Positions 49,566 to 62,500 of a stretch of 64,000 bases of DNA are shown here, piece after piece. The position numbers and the translations under genes are program-made. Position 1 is the stretch's first letter, and each line of letters opens with the position of its first letter. This DNA is from Phoronis australis. Lineage: Eukaryota; Animalia; Phoronida. Under the pieces are notes generated by a model. It was not told the origin of the DNA. It saw nothing but the letters and a program-made list of their open reading frames with translations, and did no database searches. The DNA lies in contig NMRA01000001.1 of the NCBI GenBank assembly GCA_002633005.1, forward strand, positions 2,773,695 to 2,837,694, in the 5' to 3' direction.

Positions 49566-50573
49566 GATTGCTGCTCTAAAATATTGAATGATATAGAACT
49601 ATCAATATTACTATATTTTGTTTAATGAATAGCATATTTCCAAAAAAAAATATAAGTTTTATTTTTTTGTAGTAACTTATTGAATGTTATCGGAAAAATG
49701 TGTATTTAAAGCATAAATGCACGTTTGTTATTCACATTTTGTTATCGACCAAAGTGTCATTTTGTTTTGCTTTAACTGCATTGTGGGATTTGTTTTCAAC
49801 TGCGGAAGACCCACGGCGGTTCTTTTAAACATAAAAAGGAATGATTTATTACCACGTGTTGGATCAAAATCGTTTCTTTCTTTGAGTGTGAAAGGATTAG
49901 CTCCTCAAAATGTTGCAGTCGTCAGGAACAAGCTTAAAGGGTATATCTTGAATTGTTCTAGCTCCCAACGCTCCTTGCTTTTTGACTGCTCACGCGTCCC
50001 TGCTTAGCCTAATCATAATGACAATGTAAAAATTTTGATGGTCAGAGATTTTGGCAATCAGTTTCTCAAAACCCAGTGTCTGTCTGCCAGTGGGGTGTGA
50101 GAGTTTTTCTTCAGTAAGCATCCTAATAGTCTCCACATAAATAATGAACGGATCTGAGCTGACTGATAGAAGTGTACAGTAATTAGGCAACTTGATGTTT
50201 TGACTAAAATTGTTTTTAGTTCAATTAAATGGTGTTTGATTTGGCTTGCACAAAACTACAAAAATGACCCTACCAGCAAGATTACCTCATGACTTTGTAC
50301 TCGCTCTCATGAACACAAATTGCTAACCAGGCTACAAAACTGGGCAAAATAAGTTGCAAAACTTTCCATGCCGTTAAATTATTACCATTCTAAACAGATC
50401 ATCCATTAACAAAGAAGAGTGTCAAAAAGCTGATCACTTTGATTTCGGTTGGCTCGACAACTGCTGGTCTTTTTTCAATTCACATTGATTGTAGGTGTTT
50501 AGTGACATTGAAATTTTTTAAGACCAGTTAGCTGACATTCATTAGCCTTCTTTATTTTATTTTTAGAGTTGAT

Positions 50574-53500
50574 ATGGAAAAAATGCCTTTAATTGATGTG
50601 ATTTCTGGTTAAGTTTTATGATTTCTGAAGAGTACTGTCATTAACCAGTTTAATGTTCTACTAAATAGCATTTTCCAGTAAAACTGCTATACTGTCAAAA
50701 AATTACAGATTTTTCCAATTTCAGTTTCACAATCCCATACATTTAATAAAAAATTCCATCAGCTTTGGTCACAATTAGGAAAAGTTTAATATATGCAGAA
50801 AATATATGTTGTACCATAAAAAGCTGTGGGAAACATGATCCCAAATGTTCAGTGCAGTGACTGAATTCAAAATTAGGTTAATCAAATAGATGCTGGAATG
50901 CCATGCAGTTACTGAGGGATAAGAATGTAAAATAGTAACATTAGTAAAAATGAACCAACGGGCATCAATACTATGATACATTAAAATATTCCCCACGTTT
51001 TGAGCGATGCCCTGTAGCACAGTCCCTTGAATATTTTAATATATTTTATTATCTACACTGGTTGTTTGATGATTTTTACTATTTTACAAAATTAGGTTGA
51101 AACCCTCATGATTGCTCAACCAGCAAAAATTTTATGCAAACTGACGTGAAAGTGCATTTAATACTTCTTACAGGTTGAATCTAAATCATTTTGTATTTCC
51201 ATTTGCTTTGTAGCTGGGAAGTCTGACTACCGCACAATCAAGGGAGTCTCCGCCAATGTGATCAACATCATGCGAGCCGTGTCGCCAGGGGTCTCTGTGG
51301 TGCAAGGCCGGTTTATAGAGAGTGAGCTACTCAAACACGTGCCAGACTTGGTGGCGACCATTGACCACAATAAGAAGCCAGTGCATGTCAAGCAAATTGT
51401 GGGTGTGCTGATGCTTATTGATACCGCTGGTAAGCTGGGTAATGTTTACCTTCAATACTGTATGGTCACTGCAGGTGAACTGGACAGCGCCTCGCCTTCC
51501 TTAACATAGCTTTGGGTTGGGACATATCCATTATCTTCACTCACACAGTGCCCACCTTTACTGATGCTGTTGGTGAGTGGGACCGTGCTCTCTTTTACAG
51601 TCACTGCGGGTGTGAGGTTGTGACTTCTTTACCGACACTGCTGATGAGTTGTGAGCATCAAGGACTTTGTTCCACTACTTAGGATGTGGAGCTAAACACA
51701 ACATTGTCACCAATACACGGCCTTAAAGTAATTATGAAAATATATAATGAAATCTTACCTGTATCTTAATTTTTGTTGTATTTTGTATCCGTGCTCACAA
51801 ATAATTTAGAAGTCACATCTACATCATGTTATTCTCTCATGAGTTGTGACACAGTGCGGACTTAGAGTATGTATGCTTCTCTTTCAGGTTTTGCTGGTCT
51901 AATTGAACGACATGCTCAGAATAGTTCGTCAGGCTTCGACCAGCTCACCACTTCAGTCAACAGCTTCATAAGCTCTATTGTGGGAGTTATAATGGAAGCC
52001 AAGGGCGATGTCATCAAATTCACTGGTAGCGCACCATGTTGTTGATCTGTACTCGTTACAACTGAAATCTTCATCGTATGACTTGTAGTCAAGTATAGCT
52101 AGGAATACTGTGTTTGTTTTGTGTATAGCTTGTTAAACGTGGATACATCACAGCGCGTCAGTCTGTCGTATAGGTCTTTTCATCCTGTGTATGCAAATAT
52201 ACAATTCTTCTAAAACATCTGTCCTGAATGGTGATTTGATGGTGTTCACAACCACATATCGGCAAGCCACGTGTATTCTGTAAAATTTGACTAAGAGTCA
52301 GCTACAGTATTGATACACCTAAGTGTGTATTTGGCAGTGCTGAGGATATACAGGATTTGGATTTTGGCTCTAAAAATGCCATCTGCCATAAGCCCTGGGC
52401 ATATTAGCAGAAAACCGTTATTGCGTAGGTCAATGAGCAAACCTAATAAGTGCTTTGTGGGACCTTAAGCAGTAGTGCTGCTTTTATGCAACTTCAGCTC
52501 ACTGCAAAAATTGAAATACAGACAGTATGATTAGCCAGTTTTAGGCAAACCTGTATGATTTGCCAGTTTTAGGCAAAACTAATAGTCAAAATTGATTGTT
52601 TTTAAAGGGTTTCAACATTAGTCTGATTATGAATGCCCACAAGTTTTTAAAACATTGTATGATAGTTGTAGCTGCTATAGAGTAGAATGTAAAATGATGA
52701 AATATTTATTTGGATCCACATAAAGCACAAGCCATAAGTATTCAAACAAAATGATCCGGAATTCCCCGTCATGTTCGGAATTCATAGTCAGAGTAGTCCC
52801 CCTCATCACTGATAATGAACTCAAGGGAAATTAAATGGAAACTTAGTAAGGTAGCTACGTCATTCTGCAATTTGAATTTTGCCCCTACATTAGTAATAAC
52901 GAGCCATTTTTGCTGTTAACAGAATTAGTTGTCATGACGGAAAACAGTATATCCATAGTCTGATTGCTTTTTTGTACTGCATGTTTTACAAAAAAGTAAA
53001 AAACAAAATCGTTCTTGTCCACCATGTTGTGTCTTGAATTTCTGAAATTCTACCATAACTCCCTTCAGTCCTGATTTTCCCCAACAGGGGATGCTATATT
53101 AGTTAACTGGACCATTGGAAATAGCTATGACGATCTAAAGGAGACCATCGTCAAGGTCATACAGGGGGCGCTACGAATACAGGAGAAGTGTGGCGAGCAC
53201 GTGACTGATGTTGGTGTCAAGCTCAAGTTGAAAATTGGTAACATATCACAAGAATTGTAAAATTAAAGGCCTTGTTTGTTCGTTTTCAATGATAAAGTAG
53301 CTAAAAACTATTGACTTAAAAGGCTCTATGATTTTGACTTCAATAGGTAATGTTTCGTCCCATATTGCTTTACTACCAAACATTTTTTTGGCTGATTATT
53401 TTTTTGCAAACTGAATTACACAAGCTTGGCTGATGTGAAAGCTGTTCCTTTTCTCCGTTCAGGTGTGGCCTGCGGTGATTGCTGCGTCATTTACCTGGGC

Positions 53501-56500
53501 AATGACCAGTTCAGACACTATGTGATGTGTGGCAAGGGTATTGAGGATGTGATGAATGCTGAGAGGACCGCCGAGTTTGGCACCGTCGTCTTGTCGCCCT
53601 ACATATGGTCGTTCTGCAACAAGAAACTGTTTGAATACAGCTTAATGTCGGACCAGAGACATGTCAAGGTAGGAACAGTAGCCTCTTTTGTAAAATGTCT
53701 ACTAGTTATCTGGTATTTATCAAGTGTTGGGCCATGTTTTTTTTTTAATATACTTTGAAAGTTTAGTAACTCAGAGTTGTTTCACTTTAGATTCTAGAGA
53801 TCTTAAAGCCAGAGCCACTGAAGGACGTTGGTATGTAAAAGACTAACCTATCCTACTCACTGCATCCCTATCCTTGTTTTGACCGATATTAAAATCAAGT
53901 TTGTTTCCCCTCACATGAGACGCTGTAAAATATACACGCGACTTTAAGGTTATCTCAAGCCTTATTTAGTGGACTACATTCTAACTCGTAAACTATATAA
54001 ATACAGGTTTTGTCAACTACTAAAAGTATAGTATTTTCTGAAAGAAGTTCAAGGATTATAAAAATATGTTTTACATTTTATGTGTCATTATTATTACATC
54101 AATACCTTTTTAAGTCAAAATTTTGTTTTTTTTTAAATACTTTCATAGCAAAATAACCCCTCGGCTGATTTCAATGAAACCTTTTTAAATGAAAACTTCA
54201 CCAGTTACTTCAAAAACGTTGTTAAGAAATTTCGCTAAGTCTTTTAGTTTGGTTTCTATCACAAATCAACTCACAAAACATAAGATAATTGTAACTAACA
54301 GCAGCCGTATTCGTCATAGTTACATTATGCCAAATCTACGCCTTTACATTGAAAATCCTAACAGTGTTTTTGAGATTGATGATTTGGAAAGTTTCAGCGA
54401 AATCCACTAAGCCATTTTCGAGAACTTGTATTCCTAAGTTCAAATTAAGTCTGTTTGCCGAAGCTGCGAAAAAGCCGATTAAGTTGGGAGACTTGAAAAT
54501 CTCAAGGCTTTCAGTTAATTATTGGGTGAAAATTTGTTTTGGGTCCTAATAACTGTGCTTGCTCTTTTAACATTCACTCACAATGTCAAGTGAATTTGCA
54601 GTGCATAGTTAAAGGCGGAATGCCACCCAGAAAACAAACCTATTTTGTATCAATTTAGATCGAGTAGTTCTACTCGATAACGGCAGGTTCGGTTGCTTTA
54701 CCTGACACTTGATGGCAGACGGAGGTGTTGAAATTATCCATTGACGTAATTGGTTTCACGCGCAGTCTGTTCAGCAGTTCACAACACGGGTTACTGGTGT
54801 CAGCTTATCGCTTTAATTAATCGTTTAACACCAATAAATGACTAAACTTCGATGTAAAACCCTTAGAAGTACACCGAGTTCTTATAAAAACGTGTTGTTT
54901 TATTTCGCTGTTACGGATTTATTGGTATTTGGACAAACCGTAACCTACAAAGTTCGGCAGGCCAATTTACCAAGGTGTGTAGCAGGAGTTTGGGGTCTGT
55001 TTGGAGATAAATTCGAAGTATTCTTACGTGAAATGCAGACAGGAGAACCTAGATCTGTGTTGTTTATACTTGTGATTTTTTTAGTTCTAAACACAAATCG
55101 CTTGTTATCTCAGCCAGTGGCTCGGAACCTGATCAGGCCCGTTGCGGCCGCCGGGACTGGCACAAACATAAACCAGCTTGAGTTGGAAACTAAACCTCCA
55201 GTCACGAAAAGACTATAATAGTGAGCCAAAGAAATAATGTGCATGTAATTATTTATGTGAATTAGCCACGAAACTGAAAATCTACTTACTTGTTGGGGGC
55301 CACGAAGTCGGGCTCCCCTTCCACAGATCGTCAGGGCACAGGTTGTACAGTAACAATGATTTGAATAATGTATTTGTATTTCTAAATAAAGATTCCCCTA
55401 ACATGTGACCATTGCATATAAAATCGAGTAATTGTTTCACAACAGCTTTCTGTCAGCAAACACTGAATTAGCATGCGCTCAGTGCCCGGTCAATTACTTT
55501 TGTTGCCGGCATCAAAAGCCGGCAACGCAGTGGTTTATTCATTGCTGACTTCTCAAAACATTTGCACTCATGAGCACTCCCAGGCACTACAAATTGTATC
55601 TAATGAAGCAGACTTTGTTTCAGTTTCATATAAGCATCGGTTAAGACATTTTAAGATGAGAATAATTCCTTTTGAAACATAACGCAGAGTAATAAACGTC
55701 TACATGGCAACTCGCCCTGCGCCAATCCCGACTTAGTCAAGAGCTCATCTGACGAAGAATTCACGGGTCGGATCGTTAGGTTTCACAGGCTATCAGTTCG
55801 AACCAGGGCTGATCAAGAAATACTAGAGAGGCGCCGTGAACATGATCAGGCAACGGAACATATGGATAGTTCTTTGGTAAGCCGGAATTCGTCAGAGAAA
55901 TCACTGTCCATGAAATGCCGGCCACAATTACGGAGATGTTTCACAGCCTCATACTTGCTATTATAACAGCATAGTACGTTTTGTTCTTCACTACCGCGAG
56001 CCACTTCCTAAGCATTTTGGGCTCTCGAGGAAGTCGAAAAAACGATATACCCGCTTTCTTCGCAGCTTCATAGTTCGAACAAGCGGGAACGATGCACCGC
56101 AATATAGCAGCATTTACTTTGCAGACGAACCACTGACATCGCTGTGTCGCTTCTCACCTTCCTCACAGGTTAACGCGACACCTCTCGGCAAGGTGAAGTC
56201 GATGTGGATATACACCGATTAAGACGGTAAAAAAGACTAATTAAATCGGGTGGCATTCTCCTTTAATTATCACTAAAACCTTTAAATTTGGGACCGTCTC
56301 CAGTCAAGGCAAGGTCAAGTGTTGACCTACTTTAATTGCTATACATATTACGTGCTTGGAGACTGATATGAAACCAAGTACGAAATGGAATCAGAAATGA
56401 CTACTTGGTGATTAAACCCCGCTGTGAGCATGAGATCGAAACAGCGAATGGTCGTATGTATGCAGAGGTACAACTTCTTCAGGATCAAAACTACATTTTG

Positions 56501-59500
56501 TCTTCGTTTTCTTTGCCATCTTTCTATCATATGTACACCTCATTGACTCAATATTATTGCAACTCGGTGTCTGAAAGGACGGAGAGTACCTATGGGGCGG
56601 CTCTATGCCTGGTGGGAGATTCAATTTGAATGACAGCCCTGTAACCTTTGCTCGGATAAGTAGTGAACAAATTTCCATGCCTTTGTGGAGTTCAGAAGTG
56701 GTCCTGCTAAATCTTTTTTCTTGCTACGCGGTATATATTTCATGTTTGAAATTTCCCGAGAATGAAGATAAGTTATTTTGCTAGACATATTGTGAAATAT
56801 TGTAACAACAACCAATTTTTGTCAGGAAGGTTTGAGATATCCTTAAAATAGTTTACTTGTGCATGCACTCTGACAAAAGAATTCTTTTCCAGTCATAAAA
56901 ATGTGCGCACCTAAACAATGAAAAGTAGGAAAAAACAAACCCAATACCCATTTCAGAAGAGTGGGGGTAGGGCGAGAAGAAAGATGACACTTTCAAGATG
57001 GCCATACATGAAAACACTAGCTTAATACAAAGTTGGACTGTTTTATCCAAGTGTTAAAAGTGTTGGTGGTTTGTGCTGGTAGAAGTGATAAAAGTACCAA
57101 GTCTAGCAGGACCAGATGGGATTCTGTATTGTGGGGAGTGAACAGTGCGGGCAGCAAACGGAAACGTTGGAGGTTATGTCCTATGTATCTGTGAACATTG
57201 TTTATTCACCAGCTAGACGTTTTTTGTTGGCTACGTTTTTTTTTTCATTTTGCCATAAGTTCATAATATTATCTCTTTTGATTGATAGCTTTCCAGGCAG
57301 GCGCTGGCGGAAAGGTAGGAAAAGTAGGCGTGTTCCCACGCCCCCACATGGACCCCAGGGATTTGTTTGTTCCTCAGAGCAAAATTAGTAAGTAGTGATA
57401 TTAGAAGGAAATAGGTTCACGTGACTGTGATTTGTGAAACGGATAGAGTGTGTATGATGTTATGAAGATGTTTTATTCAATTTTATAAGCTGTTTTGTTA
57501 TGTCTTGATGTGTTCAGGTTGTTATGTATGTGAATATTGATGTCCATAGTTGCAACACCATCTGCAACGACAAAAACTTAACATATTCTGTTTGAGGTCA
57601 GAACAGTTACTCAGTTCAGCAAATTAAAATCATACACTGCTGAGAGCTTCATTAAGGGACAATAAACCTATAATTTCTATCAAAAACAAATTTGATTTCG
57701 GGCATTTACCGACAGTTATGAAATTGGTTTTATGTTGTCAGTTACTCGAATTGGAAATGATGGTTAGGCTTGAGAAGAACTGACCGGTCACTCTTGCCCT
57801 CAAACCATACCCATTAATTTTGCTCGTCATAGGTGGGGGGATTAGATTCAGCCACCAAGACAGCGAGGCTGTCAACATTAGGAATGTGATGATGTTGGGA
57901 TAGTGAAATATGCTTGCAAAAATGGATGTTTTTAACACCAGAGTGTGGTTTAAAGCTGCTTTAATAAGTAATGTTGAGCGCAGAATTTTGCCCTGTTTCT
58001 TTGACTGAAAATTGGAAATTGAATTAGCGCCATTAAATGTCTTAATGTAATCAGTCTAATTGTAATATTCGTTATTTTGATAGGATTCTGTTTCCGTTAG
58101 CAACAAAAACTCCAAAACCACCGGTGACTCAAGAAAACATTTTAAATTAAAGTTTATTTGATTTGGCCAATCCTAAAATTGTGAATTCGAAAATCATTTG
58201 GTGTATGAACGCACAGTATGTGCCTTGTGACCGAGTATAGAACTTTATTATGAGAGTGAAATGCCTAATTCGATTTTCTTTCTGAGCCAGCTAAACAGGG
58301 TGAAATGCAACAATACTTTAAGTCAGGGTTTCATGAGTGTCTATGGCAGGAGCTGTTTCAGTATGTTATGGGATGGGATCTCATGTGAAAGGTAATAAGA
58401 GGAACCCAAAAAGAGATGTTGATTATTTTGTTTCTTATGTTCTCACTGGCTCTATGAAGACTACATTGGCTTATTCGATTTTGCGTAAGTTTGGGGCTAT
58501 TTGATATAAGTTTAGATGCATTTTTTGTTCCATTACATGTGGTTTGTAAAGAATGGAAATTAGTTAATTGTCTGCAGACATTGGTGGTATGAGTTGTGAC
58601 AATACCTGCTGTTGTCTGGGTACATCAGATCTTGTTCGTTGGGTCATTGTTATGGCACACAGCCTGTTACAGTAATTGTTTGATTAATGAACATTGATCT
58701 GTGGTTACTCGTCTCATTCTTTTACATGTCATTGAGTACTCTGTATTCGTTGCAGATCGTAAGGTACTAAACACGGCCTTAGAACTGGGAGCAGTCGAGA
58801 AGATCAAACTGTATGTACCGAAGCCTGTAACTGAGAAGGTACTTTGATAAAGTTGTCCTTGACTGCGTTGACCATGGAATACTGGAATACTATTTTATTT
58901 AAGTATTATTTTAAAGCCTATCTTGAATGGTAACACATGAAAATTTGATGCCTACAGTATGTTAAGAGCATCGCTCTTTGCCCACTAGTGCCATGAATTG
59001 CCAAATGTAACAAACTGTTAGGCGTACTGACTTGCTTTTGTCTACGTTGCCACAAGAATAACCTTTTAATTCAAACAGCTGCCAATAACACCCGCACACA
59101 ATGGTGGTCTATTCAGACCCCTGTTCAATACAACTATTATCGACCTTTTGTTGTTTGTGCTGGGATCTCGCGGTGACGCAACACGGCACGAAAAGGCAGC
59201 TTCACCTATCATTAGTCTTAAATTTACGTGATTGAGCTGGCGTTTTCTTATTTTACTAAGGCTTTGCTAGGACTATCTGGTTAGCCCATTATGTCTAAAA
59301 TAACAAAATTCCGTTGAAGTTGAGCTTTAGAGCAGCTCGAAGTGAACTTCTGATTTAGACCACTTTTATAAAACTGATGTCAACTTGTTCCTTTCTCAGA
59401 TGAGAAATGGTTCATGGATGGGTTTGCAACAAACTGGTGGTTGAATAGGTATTCCTTGAGACAACCCTCGGGGCATTGAATGACATGCTGTAACAAGCCA

Positions 59501-62500
59501 ACTGGCTGAACTTAGCCTCAAGCAATAGTAATCTGTCACTTCTTCAGCACCCGGTTGCATGAAACAGTACCAAATAGGGACTCTACTAAGTTCCCTAAAT
59601 CTTTTCCTTGTTTGTGTCTTTTTTACTCACAGATGTAATCATTTTCTATAATTTCATCATTATTATGAGCTCCTCTCTGACTAATGAAATTTTCCAGTAG
59701 CATAGCTAAAAACTGAGCCCTGAATTCAATGAAAATAATTAAGGAATTGGTCCTTAATTTAAGGAAATTGCATAAAAAGATCCCTATTTATTTTTCGTAC
59801 TATTTAGAATTTGTCATCAAATTCACTCTCGAGTTGTAACAAAACCAAAAATTGACTTAGCAATGAAGCTAAAACAGCAAAATAAGAAAGGACAATCGGT
59901 GTTTTCACAAGTTCATAATTACGCAATAGATTTATGGAACTTAGTTGAATCCCTATTTGGGACAGTTTCGTGCAACCGTCCACTGACATCCCAGGAATCA
60001 CCCCCAATTTGACTAAAGGACAACGATTAGTGGTCTAAATCAAATGGCCTCACTTTCAGTTGGACCAGAACCAGTTAGCCGACAACCTGTGTGAGATGCG
60101 ACAAGTATCCATCATGGTCGTTTACATGTTGTTGGATGAGACATTGAACCGTGAAGACCAAATACCAATTGTGGACAAGGCGTTCAACACTGTTTGGGAC
60201 TTAGTACAGTTCTATGAAGGTACATGACTATTGCAAACATTTGGAGTGCATTCCGTAGGGGAGTTTTCTTGTGAGAAGGTCTATGTAACTGCATTGCTTA
60301 ACAGAAACGAAGATAGCTGCGTGAGAGCATGACATGCAATTTGCACCTTGTTTGAATTTTTGTTTCGGGAGAACCCTGACTAGTGAAAGGTGAGTGTTTC
60401 ATGAGTCAGTAGCCTCAGGACCTCGTTAGGACAGACTAGAAAATAGCCACCACCAAAGTGATTGGTCTGCGAGGCTGGAATGTCAAATTTGGAATAAAAT
60501 TCACTAAGATTTCTTGCCACGAGTGTTGGTTGTATCTGAATGTAATTCATTTTTTTAATCGACCTGTGAAAATAAATGTAAAGAATGCACAATGTCGTTT
60601 GGTAAATCATCAGCAGTGTGGTTGTTCTAGAACATTCTTTCATCCAAATAGTCAGTGTGGCTTGAGCTGTAGATGGAGGGGGCAGTGTGGCCAAGTAGAC
60701 AGGTGCCTGCTTTCTTTACTCGAGGTCATGGGTTCAAGTCCCACTTAGGTCACACTGCTAAACCCTTGAGTCAGGTTTGTAGCTCCTCAGCTCGGTTTTA
60801 ACTATATATTAATAAAGCATAAAATGGTTCCAGGTGATCAGTGCAATGGGCCCACATGCGCATTTCATCAGCACTTCCACTTGGCTGTTTACTTTTTTCT
60901 TGTGTGACCGAATAAAGTATATGTTACTAATTCATTATTGAATATGGTAATTGTTGGTATTTAGAACTCTAAAGAAACAATGCGTCATTGTTACAATGTT
61001 GGGAGATGTCACCAAGTCTTGTTTGGGAGCGGAGCATAATAAGAGCTCTGCTAAAACAAACTCGTTCATTGTCTCCTAATGGATTGGTTCGTGATAGCAT
61101 TACCATCGTCGTGGAGATAATGATGGTCATATATTTCAACAGCAACTTACATGTCTGTGCTGCTTTGTCTTGACTGAGTTGTTGTAGTCCTTTCTCAAAC
61201 AGTAACATGCGAATGTACTTTGAGACAGATGTAGTCACCCTATACAACTGCATTTCAAGGGGGTAGGATCAAGGTAAAATATCCTTAAAGGTATTATCGT
61301 TTGAACAGTCACATAATTATATAGCTCACCAGCAACACATAGCCTGCAATGAACAGACAACAGCTTCACTTATTCGATGTGTGTCTATGGTGGCTACTAG
61401 ATACCATGTGTTAGTCAACAAGTGGCATGCATTCATTGGCATGACTCGTGCACCGGGGGATAAATTCTTCGGCATAGTTTGTGTCTGATGTCAGCAACTG
61501 GTCCAATATTAATGGTAATGTGGTGCGAGAAAACTGCAGTTTTGATCCTGTTACGGATTCTGTGAACTTGATGCATGTTTATGAAACACTGAAAAATTAG
61601 GTCTTTGCTAGATAATTTGTAACCTAATAGGGAGTAAGCTAATAAGAGTTAATATCTAGTAAGAAGTCGTAGATCAGTGGAGTTCATTAGTGATGTCACT
61701 GCAGTTTTTAGTCTTAATGTATTCTTCCTAACTTTGTTCTTCTTCTTGCCGCTGCTCTTGTGGAAATCAAATTGGATTGAAAGTTGTAAATCTAAAATGA
61801 CCAGATAAGTTCGGTTTTATTAAAGAGATGGTTTGCATGTTAATGTGTGGCACGCAGTTCAGGTTTTTGTTCAATTTTGTTGTTTTGAATAAGTGAACAG
61901 GCCTTTAAATGGGTTGGTCTTAAATATTGTGTCTCCACATCGGCACTAAGTTTTTGTGTTTCTCTAGGCTGCATCAACAAGGTAGTAATGTTTGCTGGCG
62001 GCTGCACCATGCTGATTCTGTTTGGAATTCACTGCTTCAAACACGACAACGACAGCGCGAGGGCGCTGCAGTGCGGCAACCAGATACACATGTCTCTCAG
62101 GAACTTCGTCAATATCAAGTGAGCCCTGCTTTCAAACGTCAGGAGTCTTATACATCTTTGTGTGAGAATCGGGGATGCTGTATAAAACTGGTCTAAAGCT
62201 AAAAGGGTGTAAAAGTGAAAAACTTATTTTTTGATTTGTGCAAATCGTGCAAAGGAAATGAGAATTTTTGTATAACTTTCACTGGATTTTTATGTAGTGT
62301 TTTGGATTGTGTTGGCCATAAACGGTAAGCTGGACTTGCTCAAAATATGAAATTTACAAAATGTGTAAAAACTGATAGAGTTCACCTTATTGTGACATGG
62401 TGAGAGGAGTTTCTCCAAAAAACGTGATATTCTCAAAATCTACTCGTGAGTGTTATTGGAGTTATTCTTCAAGAGGCTGTACCCCCATGCTATAAGTGAC

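Noticed and set aside
60678-60755. Possible tRNA gene
   Set aside because: A and B boxes are present but acceptor and anticodon stems do not form; treated as a SINE head.
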